A DNA stretch of 64,000 nt from Azolla caroliniana (lineage: Eukaryota > Plantae > Polypodiophyta): the NCBI GenBank assembly GCA_043228905.1, contig JBHGNT010000001.1:28582001-28646000 (forward strand), in the 5' to 3' direction. How positions within the stretch are numbered: position 1 is the first letter of the stretch; each line of letters opens with the position of its first letter. The notes under the pieces were generated by a model, which ran no database searches, was not told the DNA's origin, and was given only the letters and a program-made list of their open reading frames with translations. This document shows positions 1 through 11,952 of this stretch, one piece after another. Position numbers and translations under genes: made by a program.

Positions 1-637
1 CAAGCTTGAAGAAGGTTTCTTAGGGAGCCTATGTATGGGGGAATCACATTTTATATGTACTCCCTAGTACTAAATTTCATTGACTTAAATTAAAAACCGT
101 CAAGATAGAGATGAACTCCTTTCCTTTCTTTCACACAATCATGAGACAATCAAAAGATTTGGTTGCGGTGGTCCTCTGCCTACTTAGCGTGCCTTTCCCA
201 AAATTGGTCCATTTACATATTTGGTTGAAAGGTCTTGGCACAAGCAATCTAGATACCTTCATGTGGTCTTATAGAAGGATGTGGTCATTTTGAAGGCTCT
301 AGAGCATTACACAACATTGGATAAAATTAATTTGAAGCCTAGAAGCATGATAATTTCATATCTTCCTAGTCCCAATTCTTTGGTTGTTCTTGTTACAAAC
401 TTGCTTCACATCACTTAGATATGTAGTGATGTTACAATCACTAGATGTGTAGTAGATGCCTATTTAATTTCTTTTTAGGAGTGTAAACTCTACTTTAGGA
501 TGTGTTGATGCAACCCAAACATGTTGATTATTTGTAATTTTTTTTTGTCAACTATTACATATCCTTTCAAATGAGTGATATTTATTCTATCGTATTAAGT
601 GTGAGACATATAAACCTATGTATATATCACCTATGTT

Positions 638-2294
638 GTGAGCATGAACAACAACTATGAAAGTTGGTTGCATGTGTCAATAGTGTCAAAATGGTATGTC
701 CGGGACGAGCAATGTATAATGCCTCTTGGGTTATATGTCAAGCAAATTACCCACATCGCCATTATATACACTATAATACAATTGTTGGAAAGGATCAGCC
801 TTGTGCAAAAAAGTTTTTACTGTGTCCGAGTCTTCGGGCACCGCTAGCTCTTTTCCTTTCGTCATTCGCTTTTCGTACTTGGCTCGTTCCAAATGGGTGA
901 TGAATGCACATTTTCTCGACAACTTATTGATGGGTCTATATGCCAAAAATGGGTTGCTTGCAGAAGCAAAGGCTATCTTTGACTCTATGCAATCACGAAA
1001 TTTGGTTTCGTGGAACACTCTCATCACTGGATATGCTGAAAATGGACTTGGCATGGAGTCAACCAGATGTTTTCTTCACATGCAGCTTGATAAAACTCTT
1101 CCAGATGCAACCACATTTGTTGCTAGCTTGAAGGCTTGCAGCAGCATCAAGGACTCCACCAGAGGACAGAGAAATGCATTCCCTTATTACTAAAAGAGGA
1201 CTTGACCTAGCCCTTCATGTGGGCAACAGTCTGGTAGAGATGTATGTTAAATGTGGTTCCTTAGTTGAGGCACGGTGTGTATTTAATCTTGTGCCAGCAC
1301 ATACCACGGTATCATGGAACACTATTATCACAGGCTTGTTTGACCATGGGCTCAGTGCAGAAGTGTTGAAATGCATGGAGGACATGGAACATGAGGACAT
1401 TTCATTGGATGCTACCACCTATGTTTGTTGCTTGCAGATATGTAGCAATGCTAAATTCAATGAAAGGGCCCATAAACTACATGTTGAGATTGTTATGACA
1501 GGTTTGGATGGCCATCCTTTCATCGGGAGTTCATTAGTGGATATGTATGCCTTGTTGAGGCGCAGAAGATATTTGATTTATTGCCTCTTAGAAATGTTGT
1601 TACATGGACAACCCTCATCTCAGGTTATGCTGAATATGGGCTCATCATTGAAGCTTTAGAATGCTTAGAAAATATGCTTTTTGATGGCATATTACCTAAT
1701 GCAATCACTTATGCATGTGCATTTAAAGCTTGCAGCAACATTTCAGCTTTGAGCAAAGGCTAGGAACTATATATTCAGACTACCAAAGAGGGGTTTCCAT
1801 ATGACATAAATGGCTCTCCAACATGCATAGATGAAGATGTGAGAGTACTTACAAATACAATCATTGCCATGTATGGAAAATGTGGGATCATGGCAGATGC
1901 TCATAAGGTGTTTGATGAAATGCATTAATGTCAGGCCATGCACAATGTGGAGCATGTGGAAGTGTTTCATCTCTTTCATGAGGTCACAAATCAAAGCATA
2001 GGTCCAGATTGTGTGATGTTCCTTAAGGTTCTTTCTGTTTGCAGTCATGGAGGTCTTGTTAGCATCACAGAGCGGTGCTTTAAAGCTATGAAAAAATATG
2101 ATCTCTCTCCAACACTAGAGCATTACAACTGTGTGATCAACCTATTCGCTTGTTCTGGGCAACTTGATGAAGCCATTGCAATGTTAGAGACAATGCCATT
2201 TAAACCAAAAAAAGAAAAGAAAAAGGGGGGAACACTTTATATAGATTTGTTGTGCAATGTTATATGCAAGCAATGGGTATATACATTGGAATAG
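638..2294 (+). pseudogene. PLS-class pentatricopeptide repeat (PPR) pseudogene
   Basis: PPR motifs (NLLMGLYAKNGLLAEAKAIFDSMQSRNLVSWNTLITGY; NSLVEMYVKCGSLVEARCVF; VVTWTTLISGYAEYG; HYNCVINLFACSGQLDEA) are split over ORFs 801-1193, 1174-1659, 1581-1763 and 1938-2294 in different frames. In-frame TAG at 1761-1763. No intact E/DYW end. Boundaries approximate. Confidence 0.85.
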
Positions 2295-3078
2295 CATAAG
2301 TACTAGACATCTTGCCATCCAACAAGGGCATTTGATGATTACTTGAAATCCAACCTATTTTGTAGGTTGTAGTTGATATGCCTTTTTTAAAAACTAATGG
2401 AAGAATATTTTGTTTAATTTTTTTTTTGAATGGAACAGAGCTGAATGAGAGGATAAGTAGCGTAAAGTGCCATGCATTTTGGTGTCATGTTAAGCATACA
2501 TGAGATCTAAAAAGTTAGTAACGGCATGAACAAAACGACATGAGGTCTACCATCACCATAGTGTGAAAAGGGGACCTAAAGTGCACGCAACATTTAAGCA
2601 GAGCATCGAATCTTTGTAGCCTTGTTTACATTCCCAACTACCTAGATATTCACAAAGTCTAGTGCATTTAAGATCCGAAAGTCGGATGAAGATCACGAGG
2701 CATCTCAATGTCATGACTCATAATTGTCCTAGGCACAACCAAAGAAACGTGCGACCAAGAGGAGTAAGTCCTTGGTTATGTGATGAGTGTTGTGTTCGTT
2801 GACAAGTAAGCATTGCATAAAATTTGATGCACGGCAAGCAAGTCACTTTCGGTGTGGGTTTGCCAATCAGGTGGGGACCATAAGGAAGAAAGAATGTATG
2901 TCCCATAAAACTTTACAAGTGTGAAAGGTGAAGGGAGAAATAGAGCCAAGTGTCATCATCGTATAAATAGAGGGTGGAATCCTCCTTATACTATGTCTCC
3001 ACAATCACACTTAGGAAGGAAAAGGTCCTTCTCCTATCTCTTTCTTAACGCTAAGCCCAAGTTTTTCTCCAAGCTTCC

Positions 3079-5018
3079 ATGGAACCTTATAACTATAGTT
3101 CTTCTTCTTCACTAATTCATAAGCCTAGGGTTGTCATAATAGGGGCAGGATTGTGTGGTATCAGTGCAGCCCATCATCTCTTCACAATGTCCCCACCCAA
3201 CTCTTTCCAGCTCACCATCCTCGAGGCAAGCACACGTGTGGGCGGTCGAATTCTCACATCCACATTCAAAGGCCAACATGTCGAAATGGGCGCCACGTGG
3301 ATCCATGGCATCGAAGGGAGCCCGATCCATGGAATAGCCACACGTGTGGGCTCCATGCAAGGACATGACACCATGCATACCCATGACAATGATGATCATG
3401 TTGGTGTTCATGAAGGTGAGAAGATGAATAACAACGGTATTTCCATGCCATGGGAATGCATGGATGGTTTACCTCATGATGACCCAGCGGTGGTTTCACA
3501 CGGGGGTGCCCAGGTGGCCCCTAGCCTTGTAAGGTCTGTTGGACACCTCTACCAAAACCTCTTGTCCGTCATCCAGCACACCCATGGTGGTGGCCTCCAA
3601 CAATTCCTCAACCTTGGACCTCATTCCTCCCTTATCTCACCACTCACCTTTATACAGCTCAAAGAGAAGCTCATCCTCCAGCTTAAAGATAAGGCTAGTG
3701 TGGGTGCTTACCTTGAACAAGGCCTTCAACTCTACTTGTCCTCCAAGAAAGAAGAGTCCAAGGTGGGTCGTACCAATCTTTCTCTACCAATGCTACTACC
3801 TAATTCTAACACTCTTACATATCTATCTAATTCTAGCTCAATGCTCCATTGCAGGATATAGCCCATTGCAACTCAACATCTTCCCCCTCTCCATATCCTT
3901 GGACCACTGAAAATGAGAACCTTGCTATAAGGGTGTTTCACATGCGCGAGCACATAGAGCGTAGCATAACTGGTGCTGATTCGCTCCACCACCTCTCCCT
4001 CGCGGCCAATGAGGAGTATTGGGAGTACCCGGGCGAGCACCTGACTATCCCCAACGGCTACTCAAGTGTTGTCGATAGCCTTGCGGCCGAGCTTCCCGGA
4101 GGAACCATACAATTTAATAAGAAAGTCAAGAGAATAGATTGGTTCAACCCTTATAATCCTAGCCATGTTGTCCTTGTCCATTGTGAAGATGGGTCATTGG
4201 TAGAGGCCGACCATGTGATCGTCACCGTCTCTCTTGGTGTACTTAAAGCTGAAGCTCTTACTACAATTGAAGATGATAATGTTGATCAACACAACAGTTT
4301 ATTTCAACCTCCTTTGCCCCAATGGAAACAAAGTGCCATCTCAAAGCTTGGGTTTGGGCTTGTGGACAAGTGTTTCCTTGCAATGAAGAAGCCTCCGAAT
4401 TCAATTTACCCGCATCGTCAATTCACCTTCGATGAACAGGAGGAGGGGAATTCTACGGAGGGTACCAATACATCAATCCCTATGTGGATGAGGAGGAATT
4501 TCTCCTTCTACCCAATCCACAAAACCTCCAATGTGTTGTGCATGTGGCTCATTGGCCGCGATGCACTAGAAGTCGAGTCTTTAAGTGACGAGGCGGTCAT
4601 CGATGGTGTGATAAAGACAATGAAATCATTTGGCTATAGAGAAGAGAAAGTTATATCAAGCAATAATGAGCATGATGCCTATACTAACAAGGAACCTCCT
4701 CAAGTGGAGGAGATATTAAGGGAGAAATGGGGGAGCAACCCCTTATTCCGAGGATCATATAGTTATGTCGCAATTGGGTCGACTGGCAATGACATCGATA
4801 CACTCTCGGAACCGTTGCCAAGGCTTAGTGGAGGTTCATGTGTAACAGTTGACATCGATTTGGGCATCACCTCTCACATTCCTCGTCCTTTGCAACTCCT
4901 CTTTGGAGGGGAGGCTACTCATAGACAATGCTACTCTACCACCCATGGAGCTTTCCTTAGTGGAGTGAGAGAGGCACAAAGGTTAATGAAGCATTATGGT
5001 CTTCTAAATGGTACTTAA
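3079..5018 (+). CDS. PAO5: Polyamine oxidase, PAO5 clade; join(3079..3762,3855..5018), 615 aa
   Basis: FAD-binding IIGAGLCG, RVGGRI, EMGATWIHG, ADHVIVTVSLGVLK, WGSNPLFRGSYSY and C-terminal FGGEATHRQCYSTTHGAFLSGVREAQRL closely resemble AtPAO5. A 92-nt phase-0 intron (AAG|GTGGGT at 3763 ... TTGCAG|GAT at 3854) joins ORFs 3079-3861 and 3849-5018 in frame. Confidence 0.9.
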
Positions 5019-5507
5019 AAATTCAAGGTGTTTCTATTATTGATGAAGGGAGTATTGTAGTTTGCACCCTTTTGAGATTGTGTACACGCGCATTTTTTAA
5101 TGGGTAGGGAGTAGCCTTTTACGGTATATAGGGAGTTGGACAAGGTTACATTATACATATAGTCATAAAGCATCCTATAAGCCTAGAGTAGGGTAAGCAA
5201 TGTCAAATGTTTGGCTTTCTCCTTCATCCATTTTACATCTAAAATGTGCCTACATTTGTTGTTTTATTGCATAGTGCATTTCGATATCAATTCACTCAAA
5301 TGAAGGCTTGAGTCACACTCATTGTAGTTGTGACAAGATGTGTCTTGGTGTGAGCAAATGTTGTTTCATTGTTCACATATAAATGTATTGTTGGCTTTAT
5401 TCATGCTCGCTTTGTTGTGCTCTCTATTTTTCGTCGGACATAGATCCACATTTGGATGTTGACATTAATGTGAGTCCTTGGGAATAGATTAGATGATCAT
5501 TTTGGAA

Positions 5508-6367
5508 CTAGAGCTTTTGACACAATTTGGAATGGCATCTTGCTAGGCTGATAGATATTCTCAACAACTTTATGTTTGTCATATGATAGAGAGTTGCTAT
5601 CAAAGATTTATAAGCCCTTTCCTTGGGCATAATTAATTTTGGTTAGGGACGACCATAAGTAGGCATTGTATATGAGGTCATCAAAATTTAAAAACTTTTT
5701 CAAGTGCATTATTATGCAATCTTGAGCTATCTAGATTTTCTTGCCAAGTAAGATTGCATTATAAATTTGTGTAGATGTATATGTGTGTGTACGTCATATG
5801 CATGCATTTACATATATTTGCATGTATGGTAACATGGTTTATCTCTACTTAGTTGTGTGACTACAGTTTACTTATATAATGTGACTACTCCAACTCATTA
5901 AAAGAATACGAATTAGTACCTTGTTCATTGCTAGAGCTTTTGACACACTTTGGAATGGCATCTTGCAGGCCAACAAATATGCTCAACAACTTTAGGTTCA
6001 TCTAAACAACTTTATGTTCGTCACATGATAGAGAGTTCCCATTAAAGATTTATAAGCCCTTTCCTAACGCACATTTAATTTTGTTTAGAGAGCTCAGAGG
6101 ACCATAAGTAGCCATTCTTTAGAAGGTCATAAAAATTTAAAAATTTATCAAGTGCATTATTTTGAAATGTTGAGCTAGATTTTCTTCCCAAATTAGATTG
6201 CATTATAATTTTTTGTGGATGTATATATGTGTGTATGTCATATGCATGCATTTACGTATATTTGTATGTATGGCAACATGGTTTATCTCTATTTAGTTGT
6301 GTGACCACTTATATAATGTGACTATTGCAATTCATTAAAAGAATACAAATTAGTACCTTGTTCATTG
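5508..6367. repeat. Diverged tandem duplication, about 430 bp x2 (5508-5930, 5931-6367)
   Basis: Both copies begin CTAGAGCTTTTGACAC and end TTAGTACCTTGTTCATTG, and are collinear with scattered substitutions and indels. Confidence 0.9.
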
Positions 6368-6724
6368 GTGCCTCTCTCTTGGGGTCAACACATCAAGGTT
6401 TTTACATATTTGGTGTCCGTGGCGATTTTGATCTCTCATACTCCTTGCAAATTCTATCCTCACAATGGGGTCAATTATAGCCCATAGAATATATACCAAT
6501 ATTCCAAAATCTATCTATCCATCTATCTATCTCGTCCTCTTTGTATGTGTAAATGTACATTGCACAATGCTTGTACTCGTATTGGCCCATTAGTGTTGTT
6601 TACATTTTCATGTCACTTTTCTACAGTTCATAAATTCTTTTCACCACCAAACGGATATAGATTTTCATGACCCCACATATCAAAAGATGTGAGGGACATG
6701 TATTTGATGAAAGTATATTCTTCT

Positions 6725-7549
6725 TGAAAGAGTTTCACTCCGATTCGAAATCAGAAATTGAACTTAGACGCAAACAGAAATAAGAAAGAACACACAATTT
6801 ACGTGGAAAACCCTGATTTAGGGAAAAACCACGGAACAGAGATTTCACTATGAGAAATGACAGAATACAATCACAGAACAATGAAACCTGATTTGGTATG
6901 AGCATATACTGAAACCACGATTTCAGTCAAGCTCTTCAAACTCTAGCACGCATGTGACTATTCCTTTCGAAGCTTCCGAAGCTTCTCTGTCTTTTTCTCT
7001 TTTGCTTCACACTTCTTTTCTTCTTACTTAGCTTCTGAGTACGTATACTCTTGCACAGCCACTACTGTGCAGAAAACCAGTCGTTCTCAGATTCACCACA
7101 CACACTCAACTCGTTTTTCTCTCAGATATATATATATATATATATATCTCACACCCTCACATACGTTATGTAGGTTTTCCCCCTTTTCTCACTATTTCAC
7201 TCTTAGTGAGTTATCCCACATACAGGCGCACTACCAGGCCTGTTAGCATATATATACTAAGTTATTTTCTTCTTTGTATGTAGAAGACATATGTATATGT
7301 ATATGTGTGTCAATTCGATTTAGTACGAATTTGACTCTCTCACCGAATTCGATCAGCTAACCCCCGATTCGGTTCTTCACAACTGACTATTCTTTTGCTT
7401 TCCGAATTTCGACCAAATTCGGTAAATCGGTTTTTCGGCCGATTTCAATAATTCGACTCTTTTCGGCTTTTCGGCCGATTTCGACCAGTCGACACTCAAG
7501 TCGACTTTTCGGCCGACTCCCCCGCAAGGAGGGACGCCTTTACACAACA
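6725..7549 (-). repeat. 3' LTR of copia element (825 bp)
   Basis: Direct repeat of 11953-12777, adjacent to the PPT at 7552-7566. Confidence 0.97.
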
Positions 7550-7982
7550 AACTCCCCCTTCACTCCTGTAGGGGGAGAACCAATCAAGCCAATCTTATTC
7601 CTGCATGCAACAAGTTTTTCCATAGGCAAAACTTGTATATGTATATGTATATGTGTGTCAATTCGATTTAGTACGAATTTGACTCTCTCACCGAATTCGA
7701 TCAGCTAACCCCCGATTCGGTTCTTCACAACTGACTATTCTTTTGCTTTCCGAATTTCGACCAAATTCGGTAAATCGGTTTTTCGGCCGATTTCAATAAT
7801 TCGACTCTTTTCGGCTTTTCGGCCGATTTCGACCAGTCGACACTCAAGTCGACTTTTCGGCCGACTCCCCCGCAAGGAGGGACGCCTTTACACAACAAAC
7901 TCCCCCTTCACTCCTGTAGGGGGAGAACCAATCAAGCCAATCTTATTCCTGCATGCAACAAGTTTTTCCATAGGCAAAACTT
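7289..7982. repeat. 348-bp-period tandem duplication covering the ORF end, PPT and U3-proximal LTR
   Basis: 7289-7634 is repeated at 7637-7982 (junction ...CAAAACTT GT ATATGTATATG...). This gives a second PPT and a 261-bp partial LTR (7637-7897). Confidence 0.95.
7552..7566 (-). other. Polypurine tract (second copy at 7900-7914)
   Basis: Minus-strand GGAGTGAAGGGGGAG, 2 nt before the LTR start TG. Confidence 0.9.
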
Positions 7983-10900
7983 TTGTGAGCATGTCTGAGC
8001 CATTTTCTTCAGTGGGGATCTTAGATAGAACAAACTCATTTTCTTCCACTCTTTCTCTTAACCAATGGTACCTTCTTTGAATGTGCTTTGTACGAGAGTG
8101 GTAGGTAGCATTTTTAGCTAGATGGATAGCACTTTGATTGTCACAATGAAGTAAGTACTTGTCTTGCTTCAATCCTAGTTCATTCAAGAACTCTCTCATC
8201 CAAATCAGTTCTTTTCCGGCTTCCACTGCAGCCATATACTCAGCCTCGGTGGTAGACAAAGCCACAACCTTTTGCAATCTTGATTGCCATGACACAGCTC
8301 CCCCTGAATACATCATCACATACCCTGATGTGGATCGGCTAGAATCTACATCACCCGACATGTCAGAATCTGTAAAACCTTCTAGTACAGGTTTCCCGGA
8401 GCCATATCTAAGACATACATTCGAAGTTCCCTTGAGGTATCTAAGAATCCATTTCACAGCTTCCCAATGCTCCCTTCCAGGATTTCCCATGTATCTACTA
8501 ACTGTCCTGACAGCGAATGCAATGTCCGGCCTTGTGCAAACCATAGCATACATAAGGCTACCAACCGCAGAGGCATACGACACTCTTCTCATCTCTGCCT
8601 TATCTTTCTCAGATTTCGGACATTGTCCTGAATTTAACTTACAGTCCATTGGCAATGGAGATCCGACTGATTTTGCATCGCGCATATTAAACCTTTGCAA
8701 AACTTTTGTCACGTATTTCTCTTGTGACAGCCATAGCAAGTTTTCAGTCCTGTCCCGGACTATATGCATTCCCAAAATCTGTTTTGCCGGTCCTAAGTCT
8801 TTCATGGCAAATGATTTGCTCAATGATTTCTTCAAGCTTGCAATCTTTTTGACATCCTGTCCAACAACCAACATATCATCCACATACAACAACAGAATAA
8901 GAAAGTCACCCTCATTATACCTTTTCACAAATACACAATGATCGGCTTGTGTTTTGTGGAATCCATGTTCCAACATGAAGGACTCAAATTTCTTATACCA
9001 TTGTCGTGGAGCTTGCTTTAAACCATACAAGCTTTTCTTCAACCTACACACGAGATTTTCTTTTCCTTTTACCTCAAAGCCCTCCGGTTGTTGCATATAG
9101 ATTTCCTCTTCTAGCTCACCATGCAAGAAGGCTGTTTTAACATCTAGTTGTTCGATTTCAAGATTCATACTAGCTGCCATACTCAAGACAGTCCGAATAG
9201 AGGTCATTTTTACAACTGGGGCAAAAATCTCATCGAAGTCAACACCCTTTTTCTGTTGGAAACCCTTTACGACGATACGGGCCTTATACCTGGGTGTACT
9301 ACCATCTTCACCAGTCTTTAATTTGTAGACCCATTTGTTTCTAAGTGCCTTCTTACCATCAGGCAACTCCATCAACTCATAAGTTAGGTTCTCATGCAAG
9401 GAATCCATTTCTTCTTGCATGGCATTATACCATTTCTCCTTGTGTGCATCAGTCATGGCCTCTTCATAGCATTCTGGTTCCCCTTCATCAGTCAAGAGAA
9501 CATATTGACTGGCTGGATATCTAGAAGAGACCTTCCTTTGTCTTCGTGGATATCTTCTCCCTTCAATAATTGGCTGATGGCCGTTTTCTTCCAGCAACTC
9601 ATCTTCCGACTCAGACTCGTGTGTATCAGTCAGATGTTGGGTGTCGACCGACTCAGATTGTTGTTGGGTATCGACCGACTCAAATTCAATTTCATTAGCC
9701 GATTGTTGTGTGTGAGTCGGATCGACTAGTATTGACTCCATAGCAGTGATCGATTTGGGAGACGACTCTGGTCTTTGTTGCTCCCAGTCCTCGATTGTCT
9801 TGTCTTCCATGAATATGACATCTCGACTTCTTATCACTTTCTTGTCACGGAGATCCCACATTCTGTACCCGAACTCGTCTTCCGAGTACCCCAAGAATAT
9901 ACAAGGTTTGGACTTGTTGTCCAGTTTTGACCTCTGATCTTTAGCAACATGTACATAGGCCAAACATCCAAACACCTTTAAGTGCTGATAAGACACATTT
10001 CTCCTTGTCCACACTCTTTGTGGTACATCCCCCTTCAAAGGCACTGATGGAGACCTGTTTATGAGATAAACAGCAGTCAACATTGCTTCAGCCCAATATG
10101 ATTTTGGCAATTTTGCATGTGCCAACATGCTTCTTACCCTTTCCATTATGGTCCGATTCATTCTTTCTGCTAGACCATTTAGCTCAGGTGTCTTCGGCAC
10201 CGTATACTCAAGTTTGATGCCTTGAGTCTTGCAATACATTTCAAATTGGCCTCTATATTCGCCACCGTTATCTGTCCGGACAGCCTTCAGCTTTTGTCCG
10301 GATTCTCTTTCTGCCCTGGCATGAAACTCTTTAAAGACCGACAACACTTGGTCTTTAGACACCAGCACATAAGCCCACACTTTCCTACTGAAGTCATCAA
10401 TAAATGTGACAAAGTATTGTCCTCCACGATGAGATGGGGCATCAACATAACATACATCGGTGTGCACCAGCTCTAAGGCATGCTCTCTCCTCATTGGAGA
10501 CCTAGAGTGAAACGCTGTTCTATTTTGCTTTCCAGCGAGGCAATCCACACACCTTTCCAAATGCACTCCTTTCACCTCTGGTAGGAAATCCTTTTCCGCA
10601 AGGATATGCATTCCCCTTTCACTCATATGTCCGAGCCTTTTATGCCACAACTCACCATCTGAGCCAGCCACTACATTTGCTTCCTCTCGACACAACTTCC
10701 CATGCATTACATACAGTGTGTTCTGTTTTTGGGCTCGAGCCACGATCAGGCTCCCTTTACAGAACTTCCATGAACCATTTTGGAAGCCACCGCTGTACCC
10801 TTCATCGTCTAGCCGTCCAGCCGATATCAAGTTCAACCTGACATCCGGAACATGACGTACATCCTTCAACATTAACCTGCAGCCTGTAGATGTTAGCAAG

Positions 10901-11925
10901 CACACAGTTCCTATGCCCACAATCTTGCATTCCCCGTCATTTCCCATCTTTACATGACCATAGTCACCCGCTGTGTAGGATGAGAAACATTCTCTTTTGG
11001 GAGTTAGGTGAAATGATGCACCGGAATCCACTACCCATGAGCTCTCAGCACTTGCAAGATTCACACTAGCTTGTTCACATATGAACAACATCTCTTCCTC
11101 ACTAGTTACGATGGCTGAGGTATTTTTATCATCGGAGATTTTTCTAGGTTCGGTCTCATCAGCCATGCCTTTGTCCTTCCTAAGATGTCGACAATTCTTT
11201 TGGAAGTGACCAGGCTTCCCACAATAAAAACATGTAGGTCTTCCTCTAGATTTCGACCTAAACCTATCCCCATTTTCTAGACTTCTATGTTCTCTTCTAC
11301 CTCTACTAAATTCTTGGGTCACATTAGCCTCCGATTGAGATAAAGTACTTTTATCCTTTCTTCTTGTCTCTTCATTTAGAATACTCGTTTCTACTACTTG
11401 TAAGGATAAGTTGTCTTCTTTACATGAAGTGCTGAGTGTTACTATTAGGTTTTCCCAACTATCGGGTAGAGTACATAATAAAAGTGTGGCCTGCATACAA
11501 TCATCTAGTGGGAACTTTGATGATGCTAACTGATTCACTAGTCCCATAAACACACTAATGTGCTCTACTATACTCTCCCCATCTACATACTTCAGTCTCA
11601 CTATCTTCCTCATCAAGAAGGTCTTATTTAAGGCATTTTTCCTTTCATAGAGGGCGGAAAGCTTATGCCATAGCTCGAAAGCATTTGTGTCACTCGCTAC
11701 ATGTTGTAGGACACTAATGTCTACACATTGTCTTATGGTCGCCACTGCCTTCCTATTTAGGATTCTCCACTCCGAATCTATTACCCCCTTTGGTATATCC
11801 TTGTTTTCTATGGGCTCATACAAGTCTTTTACTATTAGGAGATCTTCCATTTTGATCTTCCAATCTGAATAGTTCTGTGCGTTCAAGACAATCATCCCAG
11901 GAAAACCACTCACGCTCCCTTCCAT
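7888..11925 (-). CDS. Copia gag-pol polyprotein, 1345 aa (Tnt1-like)
   Basis: Zinc knuckle CFYCGKPGHFQKNC, protease WVVDSGAS, WHKRLGH, integrase (VHTDVC, RTDNGGEY, NGLAER), RT (QLDVKTAFLHG, LYVDDML), RNase H (FTDSD, STTEAEY, CDNQSAI). Copia domain order PR-INT-RT-RH. Confidence 0.98.
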   Translation of the reverse strand: MEGSVSGFPGMIVLNAQNYSDWKIKMEDLLIVKDLYEPIENKDIPKGVIDSEWRILNRKAVATIRQCVDISVLQHVASDTNAFELWHKLSALYERKNALNKTFLMRKIVRLKYVDGESIVEHISVFMGLVNQLASSKFPLDDCMQATLLLCTLPDSWENLIVTLSTSCKEDNLSLQVVETSILNEETRRKDKSTLSQSEANVTQEFSRGRREHRSLENGDRFRSKSRGRPTCFYCGKPGHFQKNCRHLRKDKGMADETEPRKISDDKNTSAIVTSEEEMLFICEQASVNLASAESSWVVDSGASFHLTPKRECFSSYTAGDYGHVKMGNDGECKIVGIGTVCLLTSTGCRLMLKDVRHVPDVRLNLISAGRLDDEGYSGGFQNGSWKFCKGSLIVARAQKQNTLYVMHGKLCREEANVVAGSDGELWHKRLGHMSERGMHILAEKDFLPEVKGVHLERCVDCLAGKQNRTAFHSRSPMRREHALELVHTDVCYVDAPSHRGGQYFVTFIDDFSRKVWAYVLVSKDQVLSVFKEFHARAERESGQKLKAVRTDNGGEYRGQFEMYCKTQGIKLEYTVPKTPELNGLAERMNRTIMERVRSMLAHAKLPKSYWAEAMLTAVYLINRSPSVPLKGDVPQRVWTRRNVSYQHLKVFGCLAYVHVAKDQRSKLDNKSKPCIFLGYSEDEFGYRMWDLRDKKVIRSRDVIFMEDKTIEDWEQQRPESSPKSITAMESILVDPTHTQQSANEIEFESVDTQQQSESVDTQHLTDTHESESEDELLEENGHQPIIEGRRYPRRQRKVSSRYPASQYVLLTDEGEPECYEEAMTDAHKEKWYNAMQEEMDSLHENLTYELMELPDGKKALRNKWVYKLKTGEDGSTPRYKARIVVKGFQQKKGVDFDEIFAPVVKMTSIRTVLSMAASMNLEIEQLDVKTAFLHGELEEEIYMQQPEGFEVKGKENLVCRLKKSLYGLKQAPRQWYKKFESFMLEHGFHKTQADHCVFVKRYNEGDFLILLLYVDDMLVVGQDVKKIASLKKSLSKSFAMKDLGPAKQILGMHIVRDRTENLLWLSQEKYVTKVLQRFNMRDAKSVGSPLPMDCKLNSGQCPKSEKDKAEMRRVSYASAVGSLMYAMVCTRPDIAFAVRTVSRYMGNPGREHWEAVKWILRYLKGTSNVCLRYGSGKPVLEGFTDSDMSGDVDSSRSTSGYVMMYSGGAVSWQSRLQKVVALSTTEAEYMAAVEAGKELIWMREFLNELGLKQDKYLLHCDNQSAIHLAKNATYHSRTKHIQRRYHWLRERVEENEFVLSKIPTEENGSDMLTKVLPMEKLVACRNKIGLIGSPPTGVKGEFVV

Positions 11926-11936
11926 CTAGAACCTTC

Positions 11937-11949
11937 GGCTCTGATACCA
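11937..11949 (-). other. Primer binding site, initiator tRNA-Met
   Basis: Minus-strand TGGTATCAGAGCC, 3 nt after the 5' LTR. Confidence 0.95.
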
Positions 11950-11952
11950 GTT

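Noticed and set aside
3841-3861. Apparent frameshift or programmed frameshift between the two PAO ORFs
   Set aside because: A canonical 92-nt GT-AG intron (3763-3854) restores the frame.
6961-6987. Heat-shock element in the LTR (TTCGAAGCTTCCGAAGCTTC)
   Set aside because: Spacing does not give three correctly phased nGAAn units, and it lies on the U5 side.
8159-8941. 260-aa antisense ORF in the copia element
   Set aside because: Shadow of the RT/RNase H frame, non-ATG start, no recognisable domain.
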